NCBI RefSeq assembly: GCF_006345805.1
Contig: NC_043020.1
Span: forward strand, 15,252,001-15,316,000
DNA length: 64,000 nt
From: Octopus sinensis
Lineage: Eukaryota
Direction of reading: 5' to 3'
Shown here: positions 53,270 through 64,000 of the stretch, piece after piece
How positions within the stretch are numbered: position 1 is the first letter of the stretch
Layout of the letters: every line of letters starts with the position of its first letter
Position numbers and translations under genes: made by a program
The notes under the pieces: generated by a model
What the model saw: the letters and a program-made list of their open reading frames with translations, nothing else
What the model was told of the DNA's origin: nothing
Databases searched by the model: none

Positions 53270-54190
53270 ATCATGATTATGTTTTTAGCCACTTCTTAAG
53301 TGTTAAATCTTACGACAGCTTGATTTTGATTCTCCTGGGTAATTTGGAGTTACAGACCTTCTTTAGTTTGTGATAGGCTGTTCATGCTTGTGCCTTCCTG
53401 ATCTTGATGTTTACTTCCAAACTGCTCACCCAACCGCCTAAGTACTTGAAGTTTTCAGGCAAAGGTGGCTGCAACTACCTGGTCACTGCATGCACCACCC
53501 TGAACAAGAAGCATCCAAATTAGTTTTGTAGTGCCCGCTTCATGGTGAGGAGGAAAAGGTCACACTTCATCATCATCATCATTGTTTGACTGTGGTTGAG
53601 ACAATGAAATTTACCATGCTACACCAGACTTCACAGTCTATCATAGCATTACAGAGGTCCTGTTGCTGGATGCCTGTATCCCTGGAGATTACATCAGGGT
53701 AGGAGAGTGTGTGCCCTCTGGTATTGCGAGTAGATGGCTTCCAGAGGAGAAAAGTAGAAATTGCCTCATTTTCAGCTCTACAACAATGTCCAGCAAACTG
53801 GACTCTCCTACTTTTCACAAGAGATGACACAGGTGGTAGTTTTCCATATATTTGCATTTTGGTTGGATGATGCTTCCACGAGAGATTTTGAGCTCTCATA
53901 AGGAGGCGAGTGTAGGTTCCATCCAACTGCCTCTCAAGCTTCTTTGATAACGTCCAGGTTTCTGAGCCATATAGTAGAATTGGTTCGACTGTGGCTTTGA
54001 AGATTTTAAGTTTGAAGTCTCTACTTAGATTTGATGACCAGATCTTATGCATGTCATAAGGTCACACTTACATCGACAACTTGGTCACAGACACTGGCCT
54101 GGAATGTATCCAGGACCTACAAGCAGTAATGTTGGACCGAGAAGTGTGACGGGTGGACTTTGTTGCTTTGACCTGGGTTGGAACCCTGTT
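53270..54190. mobile_element. Older RTE copy (minus part 53270-53460, plus part 53480-54190) hosting the nested insertion
   Basis: NFKYLGGWV...IKIRKAQA on minus; TYIDNLVTDTGLECIQDL on plus. Confidence 0.6.
53568..54057 (-). mobile_element. RTE LINE 3' end with 12-bp TSD
   Basis: KATVEPILLYGSETWTL...; TSD aaggtcacactt at 53556-67 and 54058-69. Confidence 0.92.
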
Positions 54191-54766
54191 GATAAAAAAA
54201 AATAAAAAATTATAAGTTGTGATGGTTATTGTTGTTGAACAGAGTAATCTGCTATTAAAAATATTCCAGCCTTGACCATCTCATCTTTTTAGGTGCCAAC
54301 AACAACAATAACAACAAAATAATTGTAAGAGATTGAAAGTTTTAAAACTGTACTTGCTAAAGCAAAGAAGGAAGAAATATACATTAATGGATATATTTGG
54401 AAACACTGCTGCTAATTTTTGGCATTAAAAACACGGAATCTCCAAACTGGACCACTGCAACAGTAGAGAATGCTAAATGTTTCTTTTTGTGGTTCCAGGT
54501 TAGAAATATTTTATCCCCATCATGATATATTTAACCCAATTGCAGTTTTTTCTGGCACTAAAAACATCAGAAATAACCAAAACTACCAATTTAATGTTCC
54601 TCTAATTTCTAATAATAAGCATATCACAGGCTGGATATCTGTTAGAATGATTCATTTGACTAGAATGTGCCGTAGCATGGCCACAGTCTATCTACTGAAA
54701 CAGGTAGAAAGATGGAAAAGATAAAGATTTAAAATGTCTTTTTTGTTTCTTATTTCTCATGATCAG

Positions 54767-54907
54767 AAGAGGAAGCCACCACCTCTTTGCTGCCCATCGA
54801 CAAAGAAGCAACTCATGACATCAAAGTTCAGCTTGAGAGAAGTCCTGCTGGTTTGGATTTTGTTTTAGGAAAAACTGTTCAATGTGGAGTAGCTTTTCAT
54901 CATGCAG
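54767..54907 (+). CDS. POLQ: POLQ exon (LERSPAGLDFVLGKTVQCGVAFHHAG)
   Basis: Translated by hand; GVAFHHAG motif; atcAG acceptor and GTTAG donor; phase 1/1. Confidence 0.93.
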
Positions 54908-55969
54908 GTTAGTTCTAAATTGGTTTTAATTTACTTTTATTGAAATCATCATCATCATCGTTTAGCGTCCGCTTTCCATGCTAGCATGGGTTGGACGGTT
55001 TGACTGGGGTCTGGGAAGCCAGAAGGCTGCACCAGGCCCAGTCTGATCTGGCAATGTTTCTACGGCTGGATGCCCTTCCTAACGCCAACCACTCCATGAG
55101 TGTAGTGGGTGCCTTTTACATGCCACCAGCATAGGTGCCAGACGAGGCTGACAAACGGCCACGATCGGATGGTGCTTTTTACATGCCACCTGCACGGGGG
55201 CCAGGCGAGGCTGGCAAACGACCACAATCGGATGGTGCTTTTTACGTACCACTGGCACGAGGCCAGTCGGGGCGGTGCTGGCAACAGCCACGTTCGGATG
55301 GTTTTCTTACGTACCACCGGCACTGGTCTCACAGCTGCAATTTTCATTGAAGTTGATCGATTTCGATTTTGATTTTGATTTTTGAAATCGATTTTTTATT
55401 TTGCTTCCATTTGTGGTTGCAAACTTATATCAAAGAAAACTGAAACAATTCTTTACTTTTTAAGATGAAACTTACTTTAGAGAAATCCTTAGTTGGTTTT
55501 GATAATCAACGTTTTATAGTAGATTTGTCAGTTTGGTAAAATAACATCCTTGTGTATCTCCATCATATGAATTTATCTGTGGTGTCTAACATTCTATCAT
55601 ATTTCCCGGGATTCTTTGAGCTTAGTGTTAAGGTTCTTTCTTCAAAGGAATCCTTTAGTCTTGGGCTATGATCTACCTTCAGAGCTTTGATATAGGTCAC
55701 TTTGAGCACCAGCTTAATTCATTATCATCACCTGGTTAAGCTTGCTAGGACATTTTTGACCTGCATGTGTCATCCATCTCAGTCCTGCGTTAAAAAAGAA
55801 ATGTCGAACTTGCAAAAACAAAGGCTCTGTAAACAGATGCCTTCTCTCTGGAAATATGTGGACATTATATGTACTGTTCCTAAGAAGAAGTCATGTAGAT
55901 GCAGTGTGGACAGCAGCAGCTGAATGGTGATCTTTTTTGGATATGACACAGATCATTGAAAGGCAGCTG

Positions 55970-56760
55970 ACTTGGTTTCATCAGACATTGAGTCAGAGAA
56001 ACACATACCAGCACTCAAGACCACTGTAAACAACAAAAGATCCAGGATGGCCACCTCTGACACCTCCACAAATATCAAACCAGTGGCTGCTACTGAGACC
56101 CCATATGTTACACCAATGTTCCTGCTGAATGTCAGGGGCCTTGTTATAACCCACCTGAGCAAAACCCCATACCTGAGAGACCTAGTTACCTGTAATCAAG
56201 TAGTATGTATGACACTAGGAGAAACACATCTAACTGCTGACCTGGCAGATGCTGAGATACACAAAGCAATTTCCATTTCAAACTGACAGGAGAAAAAAAT
56301 CTGTGTAGTTGTCACCCCTGTAGGCCTACAACCACACTCAAACTCAGTTTGTGGACACACTAATAGTATATATTGAAAAAATCAAAATAGTAATATGTAT
56401 TACATATCATCCACTAGATGGTCCCAGTTCTGGGGACTCATTTGAAGAGAGCCTAAAAAATATGGAGGACAACAGCCTTCACATATTTCTTCTTGGAGAC
56501 ATCAACCTTCTTAATACTGAATGGCTTGTGGGCCACCTCCTCTCAGGTATGTCACTACATGACTAGAGGTGAGCAGAGTCTCTGCTTGACCTTACAAATC
56601 TGCTATTCATGGAGTAAATAATGTTCCACCCAACAAGAGGTAAAAATGCTCTGGACCTCTACTTTACAAATAATGTGGCACTCATCCATAATGTTAATGT
56701 GAAATTGATGATTTTCTTGGACTATTATGTCGTAGAACTAACAATGTATGGTGCTTCAAA
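55970..56760 (+). mobile_element. Degenerate LINE ORF2 APE-endonuclease region
   Basis: LNVRGL, LGETHL, FLLGDINL and PTRGKNALDLYFTNN, with stops and frameshifts. Confidence 0.8.
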
Positions 56761-56847
56761 GTGTCATTTCCAGGTTGGGTTCATGCATTTGTATTTGCTT
56801 GAGAGACCTGCATGTTCCTGCTTTGATCCAGGTGTAGCATGTGGCTG

Positions 56848-57128
56848 GGGACCTGAAAGATGATAACCCACGCTCAGTTGGGATGAAGCCAGAGGAAACT
56901 CTGGTGAAAGTTTGAAGCACTTCTGATGTGCAAATTGATCATTGGAACCAGGTGTAGGGGTGAAAGACCAATTGAGCCAAATAGTAGCTGGTTCCCTCCA
57001 AAGCTTCCCTCAGGATAGCTGGCACCAACAGGAGAATGACATGCAATTCCATCCCATAAAGCTAACAATTGGAGGCCCTGGGGATGTTGATGGCCTTAAT
57101 CTACTCTTGAACTCAGAATGGGCAAAAC
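56848..57128 (+). pseudogene. Degenerate 28S rRNA fragment
   Basis: Colinear with conserved LSU motifs (GACCCGAAAGATG; GAAGCCAGAGGAAACTCTGGTG; TAGTAGCTGGTTCCCTCCGAAGTTTCCCTCAGGATAGCTGG); most CpGs are converted to TpG/CpA. Confidence 0.88.
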
Positions 57129-57168
57129 AAGCTAAACCTATCCCGAGTGGAAGTAGCTGTATATTACA

Positions 57169-57210
<42 letters not shown>

Positions 57211-57212
<2 letters not shown>

Positions 57213-57615
57213 TAAGGGCTAAAAACCACTATGTGGATAGCCATATGCTAGAAATAGATCATCTATGATCAAACTACAAAGACATTTGAAATTAACCCCC
57301 AATGTAATCGGTGGAACTAAGCACGTGTCTGTTTTTATACGGAAAACTGGTAGTTAGTTTTACAAATTATATTGCTTTTGGAACGATTGTACTGATGAGT
57401 CCTACGGACGAAGGATTATGTAAGTGATTTATTCGTTATTAGATGAAACCGGTATGCGATTAATTCTTGATTTTTATATAATTTTCATCTGTCTTGCCCG
57501 CCTATTGTTCTGGTGTCCGTTGAACTTTCTCTAGAGAACATTCTTTCTTTGTAGTTTGATCGTAGATGATCTATTTCTAGCATATGGCTGTCCACAGTTG
57601 TTTTTAGCCCTTAAA
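57211..57615. mobile_element. ~400-bp element with ~70-bp inverted repeats enclosing the hammerhead (PLE pLTR-like, non-autonomous)
   Basis: 57211-57282 is the near-exact reverse complement of 57546-57615; it abuts a (TA)n tract. Confidence 0.65.
57385..57461 (+). ncRNA. Type I hammerhead ribozyme motif (PLE-type, palindromic short stem III)
   Basis: CTGATGA at 57392-98, long stem II with GTAA loop, GAAA at 57445-48, A-CCGG-T stem III, GUA triplet at 57452-54, 7-bp stem I (GATTGTA/TGCGATT, with wobbles). Confidence 0.75.
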
Positions 57616-57859
57616 ATATGCACACGTATTAGAATTTTCTCTGATTTTTCAGATTTTTGTATGCTAGGCTACTGGTTTTAAATTGCTATTAATTAAATTA
57701 ATATTCAATTTATCTCCTTCATTATTTAAATGCATACACACACACACACATACACACACACACACATACACACATATAGTTTTAGAATATTTGCTTGTTT
57801 TGGTTTATGTATTTTTTGGCATAATTAACCACATACATTTTCTATGATGACATCATTGA

Positions 57860-58120
<261 letters not shown>

Positions 58121-58492
58121 TGATGTGTGCATGACTATGGTGGATGTTTTATGATGAAACTTCATGGGGTATCTTTTCATTAAAATATATTTTAATATGA
58201 TTTTGGGTGAGTAACATAACCTTAGATAGAATTACCATAGAGCAATGTCTCTCAGCCCTTTGCAACTTAGTGCTCCCTTTCAAGTGGCACTTTACCCCCT
58301 TTACATGTTTTGTCAAAAAACAAAAAGGGGTATAAGTGGCTGTGTGGTAAATAGCATGCTTACGAACCACATGGTTCCAAGTTCAGTCCCACTGTGTGGC
58401 ACCATGGGCAAGTGTCTTCTGCTATAGCCTCGGGTTGACCAAAGCCTTGTGAGTGGATTTGGTAGATGGAAACTGAAAGAAGCCCGTCGTAG

Positions 58493-58536
<44 letters not shown>

Positions 58537-58618
58537 AGACTTTACGAAAAAAACAAAAGACGAAGACAGGTGGTGTACAAAACAAACAGATGTATTAGTA
58601 TAACGCTCAGGAATAGAA

Positions 58619-58658
58619 GTCTTTTACATTTCGAGCCTGTGCTCTTCTGCAGAAAGGG
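58619..58658 (-). ncRNA. Minimal hammerhead-like motif, A6C variant or degenerate
   Basis: Minus strand reads cttt-CTGCAGA-a-gagc(acag)gctc-GAAA-tgt-a-aaag. Confidence 0.45.
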
Positions 58659-61342
58659 ACACAGAAAAAACAAGGAAACAAGGAGAGAAAAAAATGTGTG
58701 TAGTGGCTAACAATCTATCATAGTGATTGACTTGGACAGAACTTTGATATTTGCTACCCCTTTCTGAGCTCAACTTTGAGCTAGTTGACTATATTAACCC
58801 TAGTGACTCATAAAAGGATGACAGTAGACTCAACCTCAATAACATCTGAACTCTGAACATAAAAAGCTGGAAGAAATCCCATTAAGCATTTTGTCTATTG
58901 TGCTAATGATTCTGCCTGCTTTCTGGTTTAACCCTTTAGCGTTCAGACTACTCTGTCAAATGTAATGCTTGTTTATTCACACTGTTTTGAATTGACCACA
59001 TGTTATCTTATAGCTTTGAGATTTCGAAGATGTGATTGTATATTTTTAGAATGACACTTTGGAGTAGGTGTGAGAGGCCAGATCTGGCCAGTTTGAACAT
59101 AAAACAGGTAGAATCTTTTGGCCAGATATGGTCAGTTTAAATGCTAAAGGGTTAAGCCTAATTTTAATAATAGAAAGAAAGGATTCTCTTTTGACTATTT
59201 CATTGACTATTTCATCCCAGAAGGACGTAAAGTAGATTTTGGTTAGATTTAAAACCTAGGAATGTATGATTTTTTTTTTTGTAACATTTATAATTTATAA
59301 TTTTTTGTTATGTTCTTCTGTTTGTGACATTTATAATTTGTAGCCTGTTGTAAATTCAAACACGTAGCTTTGTTTCACATATAGGTCGTACAGGTCTGCT
59401 ATTGTAAAAACTATTATAGAAATCAACTTCAGTTTTGAAAAGTTACCAAAACATGTAGAAAATAGAAAGAATTGTGTTAGTTTACTAAATATTGTGCAGG
59501 TTCTGACACAACAAACCTGTTCTTCACTTTTACAAAATTAATTAGAACTCATAGATTGAAGGTTAAATTACTACGAATTTGGCACTTGTTAATTTAAAAT
59601 TAAAAGGTTTGATTAAAGTACATTTCATATGCAAAGCATATTTAGTGCTCATTAACTAAAAGCTAAACTATTTAATTTAAGTACATATGTTAATTTAAGT
59701 TCATATGTAGAGTGACTTGCTGTTCTTGAGGATCCGAAGATCCGACAAATGAAGTGAGATTAAGCTCGCAGGACAGCCTGCTGTGCTAACCTTGGATCAT
59801 AGAGTGACCTGCTGTTCTTGAGGAGACCTATTGAGTCAAGTACGTCAACATCAAAAAATTCAAATGGAAATTGTAGTTAAGAAACCCGTGCCGGTGACAC
59901 GTAAAAAGTACCATTCGAGCGTGGCAGTTACTAGTGTCGCCTGACTGGTGTCCGTGTCAGTGACATGTAAAAGCACCAACCGATCGTGGATGTTTGCCAG
60001 CCTGCTCTAGCTCCTGTGCCGGTGGCATGTAAAAAACACCCACTACACTCATGGAGTGGTTGGTGTTAGGAAGGGCATCCAGCTGTAGAAACACTGCCAA
60101 ATCAGACTAGAGCCTGGTGCTGCCTCCATGGCTTACCAGACCCCGGTTGAACCGTCCAACCCATGCTAGCATGGAAAATGGACATTAAATGATGATGATG
60201 ATGATGATGATATTATTTCTTAATTGAAAGCTAAATTACTCATTGAGAGTATATTTGGTTCATACTTTGGTGAGGAACTGCAAGTTCATTCCCATGTGCT
60301 TATTATGTAAGCTATACACTTTGCTTTGTTCCTTACTTCACAACTTTTCCTCAAACTGAACTGAAGAGATTTACTAAGACCAAAACATGGTCCAGAGTTG
60401 CTAACCCCATCTACTAAAGTTTAGGCTATCCTTCCCTTCATAGCATTACTTATTTCATCTCTGAATATGTGATCCCATCTTCTGAAGTTAAGTCTGTCTT
60501 ACTCATCACCACATTACTTATTTAACATTTTAATTAAGACTGTTGGGTATCAACTTATTAAAATCATCATCATCATCATTTGACGTCCATTTTCCTTGCT
60601 AGCATGGACGGTTTGACCGGGATCTGGGAAGCCAGGAGGCTGCACCAGGCTCCAGTCTGATCTGGCAGTGTTTCTACAGCTGGATGCCCTTCCTAACGCC
60701 AACCACTCCGTGAGTGTAGTGGGTGCTTTTTACGTGCCACCGGCACATGTGCCAGGGGAGTCTGGCAGCAGCCACGATCGGATGATGCTTTTTACGTGCT
60801 ACCGGCACGGGGGCCAGACGAGGCTGGCAACGGCCACAATCGGTTGGTGCTTTTACGTGTCACTGACATGGGCGCCAGTCAGGTGGCGCTGGCATCTGCC
60901 ACATTCGGATGGTACTTTTTACGTGTCACCGGCACGGGTATCTTAACTACAGTTCCCATTTGATTTTTATTTTGATGTTGGTGCTGACGTACTTGACTCA
61001 ATAGGTCTCCTCAAGAACAGCGGGTCACTCTACGATCCAAGGTTAGCACAGCAGGCCATCCTGCAAGCCATGAACTCACTTCATTTGTCAGGTCTTCACA
61101 GTCACAGCATATCTCAGAGATTCAGTCTTCGTCATTTTCAAATATATTATTTTCATTTTGAAGTGTCCCCTTTTTCCATTCTTTGGATATTAACTAAACA
61201 ATGCTAAATGCCCCACATCTCGGTTTATCAAAGTTAAGTTCACTGCATTAAATACATTTGTGTTCACTGTCCAATGAAATCATTTTACTTTGATGTGTTC
61301 TGTGATCTGTGTACAAACTAAAGGTTGCACGTTTTATTTCAG

Positions 61343-61485
61343 GTGAGAGCATTCTTATATGTAAAGTTAATGAGAAGGCCCGTGCTTATGAACTGCTCAA
61401 TGCTGCCCTACCTCCTATCAAAAGTTCTTTTATGAAGTGTTTACAAGATGGACCGACTACATCTTTGAAAAGAGCAATCTTGGAA
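61343..61485 (+). CDS. POLQ: POLQ exon (GESILICK...SLKRAILE)
   Basis: GESILICK and RAILE match POLQ; ttcAG acceptor and GTAAT donor; phase 1/0. Confidence 0.93.
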
Positions 61486-61534
61486 GTAATTGGATAAGAT
61501 TCTTGAGATTTTTCTAACTTTACTTTTTGAATTA

Positions 61535-61540
61535 TTATTA

Positions 61541-61635
<95 letters not shown>

Positions 61636-61660
61636 GATCATCATCATCATCATCATTATT
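61535..61660. repeat. (ATT)n/(CAT)n microsatellite
   Basis: Direct inspection; (AAT)n also at 18260-18470 and (GTT)n at 18825-18940. Confidence 0.95.
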
Positions 61661-62797
61661 ATTTGCCAGTGCCAGTGGCACATAAAAGAACCATCCGAAC
61701 GTGACTGTTGCCAGTGCCGCCTTGACTGGCCTCCGTGCCGGTGGCACGTAAAAAGCACCAGCCGATCGTGGCTGTTGCCAGCCTCACCTGGCACGTAAAT
61801 AGCACCCACTACACTCACGGAGTGGTTGGCGTTAGGAAGGGCATCCAGCTGTAGAAACACTGCTAGATCAGACTGGAGCCTGGTGCAGCCTTCTGGCTTC
61901 CCAGACCCCAGTCGAACCGTCCAACCCATGCTAAATTGGAAAACGGACGTTAAACGATGACGATGATGATTATTGTTATCATCATTTAATATCAAATTAT
62001 TCCATTATTTCTCAAATCATCTGAAACACAAAGGATTTGGGAATCTTTGAAAAATATTGAAAATAGTGTTGGCACAATTCACATAACCCTTTCAATATGA
62101 GTCACATCAAGAATGTGTGTGTGTGTGTGTGTGTGTGTGCGTCCATACACATACACACACATTGTACCAAAAGCTATTCACCAAAACACTTTTTTACTAT
62201 GTTTATATGTGTTTGTTCCTTCTCAAGCCACGCCTGGGTCATTAGGGCCGGTTTCCTTGGTGTATAGGTTCCCCACCTGGACGGGACGCTGGTCTGTCAC
62301 AGGTGAGCTGCAAGATGCAGGAGGAAAGAGTGAGAGAAAGTTGTGGTGAAAGAGTCAGCAGAAGTTTCACCATTACCTTCTGCCGGAGCCGTGTGGAGCT
62401 TAGGTGTTTTGCTCATAAATACACACATTGCCTGGTCTAAGATTCGAACCCACAATCCCTCGACCATGAGTCTGCTGTGTATGTGTGTGTGTATAATTAC
62501 GTAAGAAGCACCATCCGATCGTGGCCGCTGCCAGCTTCCCCTGGCACCTGTGCTGGTGGCACATAAAAAGCACCCACTACACTCACAGAGTGGTTGGCAT
62601 TAGGAAGGGCATCCAGCTGTAGAAACACTGCCAGAACAGACTGGGCCTGGCGCAGCATCCTAGCTTCCCAGACCCCAGTTGAACCGTCCAAACTATGCTA
62701 GCATGGAAAACGGACGCTAAACGATGATGATGAAGATGATGATGATGATGTATGTAATCTAACTAAATCTAGCTAATTAATGCAATTTTCTTTTCAG

Positions 62798-62984
62798 ATA
62801 ATTGTGAGTGGTGCTGCTATTAGTGTGTCAGATGTCTCCCTCTATTCAGCCTGCACACTTCTTTCTGCATCTGTCGAAGATGAAGAGAGAAGAGAAAACA
62901 ATGTTAGCCTGGTCTCGGAATGTATCGACTTTCTTAAAGAAAATGAATTTATTTCTGCCCGAAACATCACAAAGGAAGATTCTG
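62798..62984 (+). CDS. POLQ: POLQ exon (IIVSGAA...ACTLLSAS...FLKENEFI); gene continues past the window end
   Basis: Matches POLQ IIVGG...ACTFLAAS...WLLENEFI; ttttcAG acceptor and GTAAA donor; phase 0/1. Confidence 0.9.
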
Positions 62985-64000
62985 GTAAAAAGAATAATCA
63001 TGTCTTCTTTACTCTTTTACTCTTTTACTTGTTTCAGTCATTTTGACTGTGGCCATGCTGGAGCACTGCCTTTAGGCGAGCAAATCGACCCTGGGACTTA
63101 GTTTTTGTAAGCCCAGTACTTATTCTATTGGTCTCTTTTGCCGAACCGCTAAGTGACGGGGACGTAAATACACCAGCATCGGTTGTCAAGCAATGCTAGG
63201 GTGACAAACACAGACACACAAACATATAGACACACATACATATATATATATACGACAGATTTCTTTCAGTTTCCGTCTACCAAATCCACTCACAAGGCTT
63301 TGGTTGGCCCGAGGCTTTTGCAGAAGACACTTGCCCAAGATGCCACGCAGTGGGACTGAACCCAGAACCATGTAGTTGGTTAGCAAGCTACTTACCACAC
63401 AGCCACTCCTGTTAAAATTATTCTAGTTTTTTTGTGCTTTCTTTTAACGCTGTTGTATATCTTGGTTTAAGTTATCACATGTATATTCTGGTTTTAGATT
63501 AGATACTCTAATGCCTGCCGAAGTAACCAGGAAGGTTGGCAATTCATAACACACTGGCTCAGAAAAACCACCCAACATAGGCCTCTGTGTGAAAAAGCAA
63601 ATACGAAACATTACTGCTGCTCGTGGTGGCAGTGGTATAGAGGACTCGTAGTAGTAGTAGTAGTAGTTGTAGTTGTAGTAGTAGCAGCAGCAGCAATGAT
63701 AGTAGTTGTACAATATTTTTCATCTATTTACTCTTTTACTTGTTTCAGTCATTTGATTTTGGCCATGCTGCAGCACTGCCTTTAGTCGAACACATCGACT
63801 CCAGGACTTATTCTTTGTAAGCCTAGTACTTATTTTATTGGTCTCTTTTGCCAAACCGCTAAGTTATGGGGATGTAAATACACCAACATTGGTTGTCAAG
63901 CGATGTTGGGGGGGACAAACACAGACACACAAACATATACACACACATACATATATACATATATACGATAGTATTCTTTCAGTTTCCGTCTACAAAATCC

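Noticed and set aside
55972-56863. Three plus-strand ORFs as extra POLQ exons
   Set aside because: They encode LINE endonuclease motifs, and POLQ is continuous from 54907 to 57876 without them.
57399-57413. Alternative minimal hammerhead fold GTCC-TAC-GGAC followed by GAAG
   Set aside because: A15.1 would be G and no stem III forms. The long stem II fold uses the canonical GAAA at 57445. This fold could still compete as an inhibitory conformer.
61486-61497. Read-through VIG* after the exon as a helicase-only isoform
   Set aside because: An in-frame stop just inside an intron is expected by chance; no poly(A) evidence.

Overview
AT-rich, repeat-dense eukaryotic DNA. The SINE, LINE and microsatellite landscape is most consistent with an octopus genome (inferred from recognised repeat motifs, not from a search). 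The right half holds the 5' part of POLQ (DNA polymerase theta) on the + strand: 11 phase-compatible coding exons (39370-62984, 624 codons + 1 nt) encode the SF2 helicase domain, and the gene continues beyond the window. A CpG-rich putative promoter lies near 31.2 kb. No protein-coding gene could be identified in 1-31 kb. The rest is tRNA-derived SINEs, RTE/CR1 LINE fragments, Penelope-like (PLE) RT remnants, Helitrons, piggyBac/hAT-type MITEs, microsatellites and local duplications. Most notable: (i) several hammerhead-ribozyme motifs in POLQ introns, including a complete sense-strand motif enclosed by ~70-bp inverted repeats and an antisense G3:C8 core-swap variant; (ii) a CpG-decayed 28S rRNA fragment in the same intron; (iii) an internally deleted Helitron retaining a 23-aa STPR-like repeat ORF; (iv) an 88-bp-arm palindrome, apparently folded back at a hammerhead stem II, inside a 2.4-kb duplication. 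Exon, TSD and ribozyme coordinates were read base by base; most repeat boundaries are approximate.
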